A stretch of 64,000 nt of DNA, from NCBI GenBank assembly GCA_964234715.1, contig OZ174286.1, one strand, 5' to 3'. This document shows, piece by piece, positions 23,701 through 57,047 of this stretch (within the stretch, counting starts at the first letter, position 1; each line of letters opens with the position of its first letter). The position numbers were made by a program, and so were the translations under genes. The DNA is from Podarcis melisellensis (Eukaryota). The notes beneath the pieces are model-generated. The model was not told the DNA's origin, did not search any database, and saw only the letters and a program-made list of their open reading frames with translations.

Positions 23701-26700
23701 GTACATTCCTCCTGGCTCTCCTGACTCAGCTAGGTTTTTTACTAGTTTCTGAACCCCCCTTTTTTCTTTTGGTTTTCCTTATCGTCATTTTTGTTTTACA
23801 GTTCTTTGTCCGCATGTTGTGGTTTCTTCCACACAAAAAAACTTTCTGTTGCTCTGTACGTTTGGTTGTTCTGCTTATTTGCCACCCTTCTTTTATTCCT
23901 TAGTTGTTTACTTACATTACTTATAGATAAATTTTCCAGAACGGTTGCCCTTGCCGTGGCGCCAATGGTCATTCAGGCATGGCAGCCCTCTTTTGGTGCA
24001 CTCTATTTCTTTCCCTCAGCAGCCTCAATGGCTGCCACCATTTATCTTGGGTCAGAACTGTATTTATTTATTTTGTTGGTGTGTGTGGTTGTGTCCTACT
24101 TGTGTGACTGGTAGTGTGGCGTTTGCGTTCTCCTGCCCTGATTTAAAAATGGCTTGGCCAGCTCCTCCTGGTTTGCTTTTTTTTACACCGGCAATGGAGT
24201 GAGTGTTCCTATTATGTCCCTGCCTGACTGCTTCTATTTGCCTTTAATATTGAGCCCTGACTGCCTCCTGGTTCACTTTGGAGGCGACAGTGCCTGCCCC
24301 TCATCGTTATCCTCCTGGTTGGCAGCTGTGACAAGGAGTGTGTGTGTAGCTGCTGTTTTCCTCCACTCTCAGTCCACGGTGTGGCAAACAGTGTGTGGTT
24401 TGGCATAAGGCTTTTGCCTGCCTCTTTTCTCCTGATCCATGGAGTGCAAACCTTTGGGGCTGAATTTCTATAATCTTCCTCTTAACGATAAGAACAACAA
24501 ACATTATCTTCCCAAAACAGGAGATGTAGAACACCATTGCTGTTCATTACTGTAGCTGGAAACCTGAAATGCTAACCGGAATATATGGCTAGATGTCACA
24601 CATTTTTTTTCCATTTAAAAAAACTATTATTTTTTGCTTTCTTAGGCTTGCTTTTCATTAGAATTATTGGATTGTTCTGTCTCTCATACAGACTGTTTTG
24701 TGTTTTAATTTTCAGCTGACAAGTTCAGAAATATGCCATTATTTCCCCCACCACCACCTGGGACAGCTAGGTTCCAGGACTATACTATACCTGTTCAAAA
24801 ATCAGGTAACCTATAAAGTTGGCTGTATAAAAAAAATATCCCAATTTGGGGGGGGAGTGTATCTCATTCATACTGTAGGTTGCATTTGTTCTAGTATAAA
24901 CCATGTTTGATAGTAATGTTCCAAGGGAAGGGCATGTTCAAGGTGTTATACAAACAATTACAACAGAACTTAATTCATAAAATCTCTGAACAAAATCCTA
25001 GCATTCCTAGCTGAAAATATACTCCTCAAGTGTCAAAAGTCAGGGTAAAGTAGTGGATCATGGCATGCTGTACAATTAAGGTACCAGACACACCTCTGTG
25101 GGGACGGAGTCCCGCAATTTGTGGACCACCACAGAGAATGCCTTCTCCTGAGCAAGCACCTCATGAGGGTTTATAGGGAAAGAAGCAGTCTTTCAACTAC
25201 TATTTGGGGCCTGAGTCATTTAAGGCTTTAAACACTAATGTGAGCACTTTAAATCAACCCAGGAAACAAGCTGGTTCACAGTGCAGCTGTTTTAATACAT
25301 GGGCTATATGAGATCTAAATGAAACCAGTCAGTAATTTTGCTGCTGCATTTTAGACCACTTAAAGTTTCCAAGTCATATTCAAGGGCAACCTCATGTAGA
25401 ATGCTTTGCAATTATCCAATCTGCAAGTTAACGTGTTAGCCAATTGCCCTGTTAAATTTATTGTCCCATGCTGCCTCAGAAACTAATAAGGGAGGGAAAT
25501 CATTTGACTTGATAAAGAAGATTCTTTTTGCTTTCGATCAGTGGTTCCCAACTTTTTTTGGCCATGCCCCACCTAAGCATCTCTAAAATCCTGATTCCCA
25601 CCCCACCCCGTGACACATACCGCTAATTCTTATTATTCCAAAAGTATACTCCTATGCACATGGAGGAAGCCTAAAAGGCCATTAGCTTGGTCTAAACAAG
25701 CTTCAAAATTGCCCCCCTTAAAAATCAAATTGCCCCCCTGTGAGGCATGTGCACCACTTTGGGAACCACAGCTTTAGATTTATTAGGGAATGGCAGACTG
25801 TGTCTCTGTAGTCTACTTGATACATTTATGCATTCATAGTCTCTCTCACACTGTAGTCACCAAAAATTGTTATATAAACTGTTTCCATAAAAGTGATTAT
25901 AATTATTTTTGATCAGTTACAAAGACATTCCTGTATTCAAAACAACATTGTGTTTTTATATATTTCCTATGCAGGATGGGAAACAAACCAGTTACCACAA
26001 AAAGACTACCTCCAAAAGCTTGCATTATTAAAACGAAAGATTTTGGGGCCAGAGATGAAAGGTAACGAATCTCAGTGGAAAAGGGTTCTATATTCACTTT
26101 GGATTTAAGAGGGCAGGTTATCTTCTAAAATTCCTACAAAATGTCAAGGGAGGAGAAAATGTCTCTGTGTGGGTTGGCAGAATGGAAACCTCATACCACT
26201 GAAAGGCAAGAAATTTCTGGCAGCTGCAATTTCTATACTGCACTTTGCAGGGCAGTTTACAATATAAAAACACCAGAATACATAACATAGTAATAAACAG
26301 AAACAATACCTCCACCTACTTTAAAAGGCCATAGAGTGTTTAGTTAGCCAAAGGCCTGGAAGAAGAGGAATGCTTTTGCCTGTGCAAAATGAAGGCTCCT
26401 CAGATGATGATCCTGTTAGATTTGTAAGTCAGTTGGCCCATAACCTGTTAGACTTAGACCATCTCACACTCCTGCCAAACTGCTGCTGAATCTACTACAC
26501 ATACATATATTCCTTAGAAAAAGGGAGGGTGGATGAGGCATGCTTTAGGCTTGGACTGTCTCTAACAAGCAGACATGGGGGATGGGCTGCTCAATACATG
26601 GCCCAAGCAGTGCAATTTCACATTTTTCTCCAAATTACACGAACAGATTGCAGGATCCAGGCCAGTTCATATGGGGAGAGGTGATCCTTGAGGTATTGCA

Positions 26701-27623
26701 GTCCTGAGCCATTTAATACTTTATAGGTCAAAACCAGCATTTTGAATTTAGAAACTAATTGGTAGCCAGTGCAGTCAGGCCAGGATTGGTGCTATATACT
26801 CAACCTGCCTTGCCCTGGTGAGCAACCTGGCCACTGAATTCTGCACCAGCTGAAGTTTCTCATCTGTCTTCAGAGGTGGCCCCATATATAACACATTGCA
26901 ATAATATAATCTAGATGTTACCAGAACATACATGACAAGTGGCACTGCATTTGCAACATATGAAAATGTTAATTTTCATATTATGGCAAGTCAATTTAAT
27001 ACTATAAAAACTAACCCTTTCAAGTATACAGATAAAATTAATAAATATCAGGTAGACTTTCAAATGGTATGACAAAGTAATGTGGATTTTATTTTGTTTT
27101 GTTTTAATAGGGGGAGGTCCTTCATCAGTCACTCAGGGAGATGTTCAAGATCAAGTAGAGGTAAGTAACTATAGCTTACCCTAGAAAAATTAACATTTGT
27201 GAGATTAAGCCGGAGGACATTCCTTGGTAGGGATGACTCTTCCTATTGGGTCCTAAGAGCCTTTTCATCTTCTCTCCAAGAGGAGGAGTCCTTCCCATCA
27301 GACTGACCCTGCCTGTGGTCAATGAATCTGAAACTGATGAAACACAGATATTTTAGAGTTATCCTGTTAACAAAGCATTCAATTCACAATTGCAGCAGAG
27401 CATTCAGTTCACAACTGCAGCAGGCAACAGATAGCAAAATGAGATTTGCATATAGTAATCTAAAATGTAATCTTAAATATAGGTGGATTAACTCAGTTGT
27501 AAGTACCCTGAATAATTGTGTTTCATTTTTTAGGACCCAATTGTTATTTCTGGAAAAGGATGCAACCCCTACAGAAAAGAAACCACCTTCCCAGTCATAA
27601 AGCAAAGTTCAAAACATAAATGA
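2628..27623 (+). CDS. CCDC7: 3' part of multi-exon coiled-coil repeat protein gene (CCDC7-like), 17 exons, about 596 codons
   Basis: 17 AG/GT exons splice with no stop until TGA at 27621-27623. The name rests only on the known tail-to-tail CCDC7-ITGB1 arrangement in mammals, not on recognised sequence. Confidence 0.6.
3756..3881 (+). CDS. CCDC7-like exon b (126 nt): LKVQELIQQRRLLTAGLDAIMQSMKEIENLIAGNVEVAKPS
   Basis: tttgtag / gtgagt. Confidence 0.85.
4515..4616 (+). CDS. CCDC7-like exon c (102 nt): IELEKIYEKRTLLLENMELNLQELKDLAKGGVS
   Basis: tttgtag / gtaagt; similar to exon a. Confidence 0.85.
4661..4771. mobile_element. Small MITE
   Basis: 10-bp inverted ends tgggcatagc / gctatgccca. Confidence 0.55.
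5486..6279 (+). mobile_element. BovB (RTE clade) LINE, 5'-truncated and frameshifted
   Basis: NLRYADDTTLMAESE; KRRLLLGRKAMANLDSILKSRDITLPTKV; LQYFGHLMRR; (AAC)n tail. Confidence 0.95.
7382..7501 (+). CDS. CCDC7-like exon d (120 nt): KKIQVISEKRNRLVSSFEAILQNMEEALRLDQGARTRPD
   Basis: tatccag / gtaagt; similar to exon b. Confidence 0.85.
7823..7969. mobile_element. hAT-type MITE (young, CpG-rich)
   Basis: Perfect 17-bp TIR cagtggcgtagcgtggg; 8-bp TSD acaggttg. Confidence 0.9.
8170..8271 (+). CDS. CCDC7-like exon e (102 nt): RNISDLIELSNLESKLDEMENLGVFSGFQLDTI
   Basis: ttcctag / gtgagt. Confidence 0.8.
8489..8587 (+). CDS. CCDC7-like exon f (99 nt): KKMCKLKEQKKKLISKWEKYFLEEYPEGYIPE
   Basis: ttgttag / gtaagt. 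Confidence 0.8.
8844..8881 (+). ncRNA. Minimal type I hammerhead ribozyme motif of Penelope-like element type
   Basis: gtat-CTGAAGA-a-gtgtgcatgcacac-GAAA-gc-TC-atac. Confidence 0.6.
9105..9239. mobile_element. hAT MITE (same family as 14432-14591, opposite orientation)
   Basis: CAG...CTG ends; TSD aaaatgtt/agaatgtt. Confidence 0.75.
9705..10452 (+). mobile_element. Probable non-autonomous RTE-derived retroelement inserted in an L2-like 3' end
   Basis: actgta duplicated at both ends; no long ORF; RTE-like motifs recognised from memory. Confidence 0.45.
11269..11385 (+). CDS. CCDC7-like exon g (117 nt): TKKDKTPKGLAGKGLFSYLRSSIKDLQEQGIIRQDSMS
   Basis: tttgaag / gtaagt. Confidence 0.75.
12287..12350 (-). 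mobile_element. CR1 LINE 3' end fragment
   Basis: Reverse complement ends in ...ccattctatgatt, the CR1 tail. Confidence 0.75.
12456..12569 (+). CDS. CCDC7-like exon h (114 nt): VELDQLAKEKRTVDRYFEEVPIEFLPSEVAALSTQYE
   Basis: ttcttag / gtgagt. Confidence 0.8.
13343..13593. mobile_element. Tc1/mariner (Tigger-like) MITE
   Basis: TA-cagtcgtacct...aggtacatctg-TA; same family as 63387-63628. Confidence 0.8.
14251..14358 (+). CDS. CCDC7-like exon i (108 nt): EKSLKRRALAAKLEANIRDLQSALQVDKLEKPKFE
   Basis: cttatag / gtgagt. Confidence 0.8.
14432..14591. mobile_element. hAT MITE with internal 16-bp tandem repeat (ttctggcccctcccag x4)
   Basis: Perfect 8-bp TSD cttttgtc; CAG...CTG ends. Confidence 0.85.
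15282..16707 (+). pseudogene. Mariner transposase pseudogene (DD34D type)
   Basis: Stop at 15468-15470, frameshifts, about 380-bp insertion after VFWD. Confidence 0.9.
16730..17082 (+). mobile_element. Sauria SINE nested in the mariner 3' UTR
   Basis: tRNA-like A box (tggcgctgtagg) and B box (ggttcgaatccc); (ACCTTT)n tail. Confidence 0.9.
18202..18321 (+). CDS. CCDC7-like exon j (120 nt): PKSVLRTTGKRRLSSLEPSDQLALRPQLSGLQIHISKVP
   Basis: ctctcag / gtaagt. Confidence 0.75.
20050..20240 (-). mobile_element. CR1 LINE internal fragment
   Basis: Resembles the reverse complement of a CR1 ORF2 C-terminal region (LRGDMIAILKYLKGC). Confidence 0.6.
20830..20913 (+). CDS. CCDC7-like exon k (84 nt): ANRIKRDSKTVDAGYDTTVQEEQDQLL
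   Basis: Weak acceptor (catatag), gtaagt donor; phase fits. Confidence 0.6.
21557..21676 (+). CDS. CCDC7-like exon l (120 nt): RDIELALKGRHLEEFPESKVSLPQLDSSSYLHANSHRLA
   Basis: tttgcag / gtaagt. Confidence 0.8.
22394..22537 (+). CDS. CCDC7-like exon m (144 nt), Q-rich: EAAMQEILEF...QLQQKQLQQQHQANAL
   Basis: gtttcag / gtaagg. Confidence 0.8.
24716..24805 (+). CDS. CCDC7-like exon n (90 nt): DKFRNMPLFPPPPPGTARFQDYTIPVQKS
   Basis: ttttcag / gtaacc. Confidence 0.75.
25539..25771. mobile_element. hAT MITE
   Basis: cagtggttccca...tgggaaccacag; TSD ctttcgat/ctttagat. Confidence 0.8.
25975..26061 (+). CDS. CCDC7-like exon o (87 nt): WETNQLPQKDYLQKLALLKRKILGPEMK
   Basis: tatgcag / gtaacg. Confidence 0.75.
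27111..27160 (+). CDS. CCDC7-like exon p (50 nt, phase 1-0): GGPSSVTQGDVQDQVE
   Basis: ttaatag / GAG|gtaagt. Confidence 0.75.
27534..27623 (+). CDS. CCDC7-like last coding exon: DPIVISGKGCNPYRKETTFPVIKQSSKHK*
   Basis: tttttag acceptor; phase 0 matches exon p; TGA; candidate AATAAA at 28156-28161. Confidence 0.7.
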   Translation, partial: DPIVISGKGCNPYRKETTFPVIKQSSKHK

Positions 27624-28329
27624 CCTTATTATTGCGTTTTTAGAGACTGAGTCAGTGATGCAGCCATCTTATAAAATTCATCTTTGCTGAACTGTGAAAA
27701 GGAAACATGAAAACCTATGCTGTTGTATGAATTTGTTCTGAGAACTTAATTGTACTGGAACAGCAGTTAAAATATATGATACCTGAACCACCAATGCTCT
27801 AATAGTAGTAATTTTTAAAAATTGTTTAGCAGATCATAACTAGGTTATTTGTGACCAAAGCTACGTACATTTTTATCTGGCTATGGTACAACCAACCCCA
27901 TAATCAGATGTTTGAAACCAACCAGAGCCTTCGCCCTAGAATTGATCACAAAACACAACTAGATGTTAGAAGTCATACAACACCAACAGGGAGTGAGTAT
28001 TCCTGTAATTCATGTTAGCTAAAGTACAGAAAATTGCACTATACACATGGTTAGGTAGCCTAGTTATCAATCAGTTTCAATTATGCTAAGTAGTAGTCTT
28101 GGTTCTTTGGATATGGGGGATAGCATCAGCAATATTGGATTTTATGTTCCTGAAAAATAAAGGTAGCTTCTCCTCCACCCCATAACAGTGGTGGGAAACC
28201 TCTGGAGCATAGGCCTAATTAGGCCTGCCAGACCATTTTGTGCATACTACACCCAACTTTCCCTGGCTTGACATCAAATATGGTGTCAGATGTGATAAAG
28301 TTCAAGGTCCAGTTAAAAGGAAAAATCAG

Positions 28330-29820
28330 GACTACACTCTTAAGTATGCTCCCAGTTTTTCCTTTATATCAAATGGCCATGCTTAACTGCCTGGCATTTG
28401 AATGCTCAGTTTCAACTCAGTGATTATTTCTACCTTCAACACTCACAAAGATCATCTACAATTCAAATATATCAGGCTACTTGGTCAGCCTTTTCCAGTT
28501 GGCACACCGACAGTCACCTACCAGTACATACAATGACAGTGCCTGACTTGCTCACCTTGTTGCAAAGCGAACTACATGTCTCAAATCAAACACTTTAAAG
28601 AGACAGGCCTCTGGCACATCCTCTGTTTTATCTTCCACAGGCCACCCGCCACTTTGGTCTCAACCCCTTGTGAAATGTTTCTAAAGGGAGTTATTCTTCA
28701 ATGTCCTTCAGTGGCTGATCATTTGCCCTCCTGCCTGCAGGGGTTTCCCTTCAAACCACTATAACAAGTCTCCCTCAAAGTTATGTATTTTAAAGTTCTT
28801 TCTCTTATGGCAGTTAGCTCAGCTCAAATATTTTCTGAGCTGGGAGCCTTATCTGTAGCTAAACATTTGAGCACATTTCATAAAGATAGGGCAGTTCTGA
28901 GGATGGACCCATCATTTTTGTCTAAGGTTTGTCAAAGCTGCATGTGCAGCAAGAGGTGATCCTATCTTCCTTCTGCCCAAATCCTAGGCATCCGTTAGAA
29001 AAGGCTTGGCTCTCATTAGATGTTCACAGAACAGTGAATGTATAATGTACATAAACAGAACAAAGGACATTAAGTCCACTGAATCCCAGTTCAAATCCTT
29101 TCACCCTTCCACAATGGGTAAAAAAGTGTCTGCAGCCACACTCTCTAGAGATGGATTAGGGCATACATTGATATATCCTATGAGTTGCTTAAACCTCCCA
29201 GATCAACAAATCTGGCAGCGCGTTCCACAAGATCAGTGGCAACAGTGGCTGCCTTTTCTTCTAATGTCTCTTAAGTAGAAATCATTAGAGCAGCAACTGG
29301 TCTGTTCCTAGGACTATTATGAGGCACTATAAGATGGGCTTGTTTGCATCAGCAGAGACCACCTTTGGTCCTGCATCAGGTCCTGCCTCATTAATTATGT
29401 TGCAGGTGGACCCACCCTAATAGGGAAAGCCATGGTATGTCCCAACCCAGTGATTGCACGATGACTGACTAGTATGAGTGGTACTCACCTGAAGAGTAGA
29501 TTTGTGAGGTCATCACTGGGGCCTTTCACTAATATGGGCTGCAACTAAAATTCTTCCTATATAGCACAATGTTATGGTTATTATATTTTGAGTTAAGCTA
29601 TGGTTGATATTATTGATATTGTTGGGAAGTGTGCTTTTTGCTTGTTTTTTCCTTACTTGTAATGTGAGAGTCTGATGATGGTACAAGCTTGGCAAGTCTG
29701 CAAACTGGGAGCCCACCCACTTCCTAGAGCTGTTCATTCCTGCCTTCGACACCAGAGGGAGCCATAGCCCAACACAGTGAATGCATGGTGACCTCACAAA
29801 TCTACTCATGTGAGTACCAA
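28330..29820 (+). mobile_element. DIRS-type retrotransposon remnant (tyrosine recombinase pseudogene plus terminal repeats)
   Basis: Fragments STIQIYQATWSAFSSW, SELGALSV, FHKDRAVLRMDPSFLSKV, FCPNPRHPLEKAWLSLDV, RSTRSVAT, IIRAAT, MRHYKM; inverted repeat 29479-29515 / 29786-29819. Confidence 0.85.
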
Positions 29821-29896
29821 TCATACATTTTCTTTCACTGTGCTTAGAATGCAGTCCTGACTTTTCTTTAAAAATTGTTTTATGCTATTATGATAT

Positions 29897-29957
29897 GGCG
29901 TGCTCTGGTCCATGGGGTCACGAAGAGTCGGACACGACTAAACGACTAAACAACAAC
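29897..29957 (+). mobile_element. Extremely 5'-truncated BovB (61 bp)
   Basis: Matches the 3' end of the BovB at 5486-6279; 10-bp TSD attatgatat. Confidence 0.9.
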
Positions 29958-31200
29958 ATTATGATATTTTTATTATTATTACTGTTGTTATTTTTTTAAC
30001 CACCCCTCATCTGAAGAGCACAGGGGAGTTCACTACATAATTATGAACTGCTTTGGGACCCAAGAGCCCACAGATATGCTATTTATTCAGAATAAATAAA
30101 TACTTGCCCCAAAGCAAGTCCAAGTTCTATAGTGATTACTCCCAGCATTAATTCTGCAGCATTAATTCACCAAACAAGTAAATATGGCTTCAATCTTAAG
30201 CCCCATCTGGGAGTAGCAGGGGTGAGTAGGGCCTACTCAGAGCAACCAGGATGGAAGGTGGAGGCAGAGACAGATTTTGCTGTAGCAGCTCTAGGCCATC
30301 ACAGGACAGAGGCCCAGAATGGGTTCACTGCCAGTAGCCAAACTAGTTTAGGAACCAGCAGGTCCCTTAGTGGCCCATTTCCACCCCCACCCCCCAAAAC
30401 ACCCTGGTACAGGGCTTTACTGGCTAATAGAGCACTAGCAGTAGGTTCCACATGCCCTGCCTTTGACAGGTGCAGTGAGGATCTCTGGATTCACATCCCA
30501 TGTCACACACCCCAGCATGGTGGATCAGGGCGTAGGATTGCACTTCAAGTGTCAGTTTCCTGCAGCAGTTGGAAAGAAGTATGGCGTAGCAGTTTCCAGC
30601 AGCTGGTCTTCTTTGGTAGGAGATAATCACATTCAAACCTTGCTCAGCCATTTAGCTCCCTCTCAGCCAATAGCTACTTTGCAAGTGAGTGTGAGGTTAA
30701 CCTCTTTCTGAGCTAATTTTAAGTGTTAGAAGAAAAGGAAACCACATAGAGAATTATTAACAGTTTAAATGCAATATGTTACTCAGAAGTTGTGGGTGAT
30801 GGGAAGAAGGGGGGTGGGGAGGAAACCAGTAGAAAGTCCATGTAAGAATATGTTTGAACACAACTGGTTCAAACTGCAGTTAATTGCATTGGACTGAAAA
30901 CATCAAATCCAGGCTTGTGATGTGAATGTCTTAACCCACATGTGTGTCTACCACTCATGTATTTCCTCAATATACAGCTCCGAGAGGGGTAGGACCCTTT
31001 GCATGAAACACTACATGTGTCTGTTAAAAATGTGTGTGGCTTTAATTCTTATGCTAAATAACTTGCACACCAGGAATTAGAAAAAGATTGTTTATTACAC
31101 TTAACTAAAAGAGACCATGTGTTTGGATGCTGCTGCAGAAATCAATATGACTATTCCTTTGGGGTTTAAGTACAGTTTGTCTCCCACTATGTTCTATGAA

Positions 31201-31540
31201 GGGACATGGGTGGCGCTGTGGGTTAAACCACAGAGCCTAGGACTTGCCGATCAGAAGGTTCGAATCCCCATGACGGGGTGAGCTCCTGTTGCTCAGTCCC
31301 TGCTTCTGCCAACCTAGCAGTTCGAAAGCTTGTCAAAGTGCAAGTAGATAAATAGGTAATGCTTCAGTGGGAAAGTAAATGGCGTTTCCGTGCACTGCTC
31401 TGGTTCATCAGAAGCGGCTTAGTCATTCTGGCCACATGACCCGGAAGCTGTATGCTGGCTCCCTCGGCCAGTAAAGTGAGATGAGCACCGCAACTCCAAA
31501 GTTGGCCACGACTGGACCTAATAGTCAGGGGTCCCTTTAC
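31201..31540 (+). mobile_element. Sauria SINE
   Basis: A/B boxes; 10-bp TSD gttctatgaa. Confidence 0.92.
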
Positions 31541-32939
31541 GTTCTATGAAGAGGACTTCGCGAGTGAGGTAATAATGTAACACTCATGTCTTTTGTACCA
31601 TTGTTTACTTATTCCTGCTAGTTTTTCCTTCTCGAGATGACTTTGATATGACCTTAATTTTGGGGGAAACACAACTTTATCTCTACAGTTCCTGAAAGCA
31701 GTCTTCATAGTCTATTTGAAGTCTGCTTCCTGCCAGGAGGAGGTTGTTTACTAATCCTTGTATTGCCAGGTAGATCTAGGTTTCTGATATTTTCTACAAC
31801 TCATTGGGGTCAGGCTGTTAGTTGCTCACTTAGAGGTCATCTTTAAGATAAGAGCTTGTACCAGGGTCACAGCTAGTAACAAGTCTAGACTGGGCCCCAT
31901 TGTTACACAAGAAACTCTTGCCACAGAAGATATTGCAAGAGTGAAATTTGGTATCACTTTTCCAGGACACAACAATGCACATAGACACCATGGGGCTATA
32001 GTTATGTCAAAAAAGTAACATGGACATCATCACACACAGGTCTGGGCTACAAACTCTAATGCTAAATATTGCATTTACTTGGAAGTAAACCCTGTGAAAA
32101 TTAATGGGAGTCACTTCTAAAGGGTGATGCAGCCTCTAAGCGTGTTCATTCAGAAGCTTCTGAGATTAACCTTTTGAATGCATGTACTGCCAGGGTTGTA
32201 GGCAGCCATTAATACGCTCCCCAACTGTAGCCAGTTTTGGCATGCCCAAGCTTGAGAGCACCTTCACTCAAAGAACCATTGGGCTTGTAAGTTATTTTTC
32301 TTTTGAGTGCAGAAATGCTCTCCAGGCCTCACTATGATTGCTTGACAAGTTTCTGATTTGATCTGATTAGTGCCATTGATAAATTGCCTCATATGTCCAG
32401 AGTACTCAGGTGTGTTTTTTTTGTCCCACTTCTTGTCATTCTTATGTTGATTGTGGGTGGCTGCCTATTAGTCATGTAAACAGGTGGAGGGGGTGTGCCA
32501 GGCTGAGAGCAAAATGCCCTAATCCAGCTGCAATCCTGCCTTCAAGCTTAGAGAAATCTCACCTGAGAACATATTCACTCCAAGAAAAATACCCTTTACA
32601 GGTAAGCCCAATTTTTCTCTCTAGTGTTACATGAAGATTAGATTATTGTTACTGTATAACTAAAACCAGAATGTTTCTCCTCAACATTTTGATTGTAGTA
32701 TTTATTTGCAAGACTTTCTCTTTTTAGAGATTCTTAGGTCCAGTTAGTATGTTTAGGATTAAATTTCAAAGCTGCTCCTCAATAAAAAACTTTTGTATTA
32801 TGTACATAATAATTGTTAGGACTGATATATTTTGTGTTCAGGTAAGTTATTTGTAGTAGATAACTCAAATTGTTTTTACCTCAGTCTGACAGGTTTCTTC
32901 AAGGGGTACTAAGTTACAAAGCGCAGAAAGGAAACTCAG

Positions 32940-34069
32940 GTGTGATGTTTTAAAAGATTTTTTATTTAATAAATAACTTCCATGATAGCACTGTAAAAAG
33001 TGAACATTTGTTAAAATAAAAGGCACTTAAAATAAGAATGTGGATAGTATAGAACACATGACAGAATGGGCAGCGGCAAATATACATGGCACATCAAACA
33101 ATGTTATCTCAAAACTGAAAGTCATGTTACATGACAATTGTGCAGTCTTAGCTACAATATGAAGGTAAATTTACAGCCAAGACTGCAAAAAAGTTGTTTT
33201 TACAACAATCATCTTACACAAAATGAAATCAAATACATTAAAGAAAAGGGTGACAAAGCACCAGGCTTTAACCTAAGCAAAAACATTAGAAAAACCACCA
33301 CCACTGACGAATTAAGGCCCTTATGCATTCAGAAGATGTATTGGCAGACTTTTTTCTGTACCAAAGTCAGGATTTGAGTTTACAAAGTAAAATTCTTTTT
33401 CGGTCACCATGCAGCAATGTCATAAAAAAAGAATGGCACAGTATTAAAGCTATTATTCTGAATCTATTTTTTCTTCCTATTTCTTATACATCACCCCTGA
33501 CAGTTTAAAATGCATCTGTACATATTAAATTGTCTTTTACATCATGATTTCTGTCTCATTAAAATTACTGCATCAAGTAAGGTTAAATCTTGCGAAAAGT
33601 CCATTATTCACAAGCTAAAGTTAATTTTGTAATTTACAAAGAATTATTTGGTTTGCATTTTAACTGTGCAAACCAAAGCCCTGATGTGCCTATGAAGAAA
33701 AAGAAAAACTGATCTAATATTAATACTTAATGGCTAGGCAGAACCCTTATACTGGTTACTTTAGCCATTTCACTCCAGATACAGGTCAGAAAGGCACCAT
33801 GTGACCTTAGTTAAGGAGGCTATGCAGTGTCAAGTTTTCTTACCAATCTCCTGGCACTATTTGCAAAAAGGAAAAAAAAAACCTTCAAAAAATAAAAACA
33901 TACTGTACAGTTTTAAAACCTGCATAGAAAACAAACCTATATGTAATGTATTGAATTAGTAAATTCATTGCGATATTGCTCTAAAGCTATGTTACCGTGA
34001 CTACAAAACTGCTACATTGCATACAGTGTTGTGGAGTTAGAAAGCAGTTGTAGAATTAGAAAGCAGTTT
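32940..34069 (-). other. ITGB1: ITGB1 3' UTR (about 1.1 kb)
   Basis: AT-rich stretch with no recognisable TE after the stop, ending near AATAAA/ATTAAA. Confidence 0.8.
32961..32970 (-). terminator. ITGB1 polyadenylation signal (overlapping ATTAAA/AATAAA)
   Basis: Plus-strand tttatttaat reads ATTAAATAAA on the minus strand. Confidence 0.75.
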
Positions 34070-56708
<22,639 letters not shown>

Positions 56709-57047
56709 CTGTAAAATAAAATATAAATAATTGAACTAGTTAACTATTTCTATTCCTTTGATACAAGCACTTATGTCAAGAGTATATACATAGCACTGTC
56801 AACTGTGTTGTAAAAAGAAGGTTATACATATACAGTCACTGTTTAAAATGTTGCAGTAAAAGCAGAATGAATACTGTATTCTGTCCTTCTGGAAGCAAAG
56901 TTCTACAGATCAGAAATAGGCATGAAAAACACAGCATAGAAAAACAGAGACAAACACACAGATCTCATGTAACAGTATTTTTTCTTTAACTGCATTTGCA
57001 TGTTTGCATATGAATTACTACTTTGAGCTTTATTCATGTTTGTAGTA

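Noticed and set aside
23586-24537. Cluster of hydrophobic ORFs, with TGTCACG resembling an LTR start
   Set aside because: Hydrophobicity reflects T-rich DNA; no matching terminus with a TSD found
30132-30626. 164-aa ORF in the intergenic space
   Set aside because: Non-ATG start, no recognisable domain or splice structure; likely chance or TE-derived
32200-32625. acag|gtaag that could be an exon donor or a DIRS terminus
   Set aside because: No matching acceptor or frame link to the + strand gene, which has already stopped; too degenerate to assign
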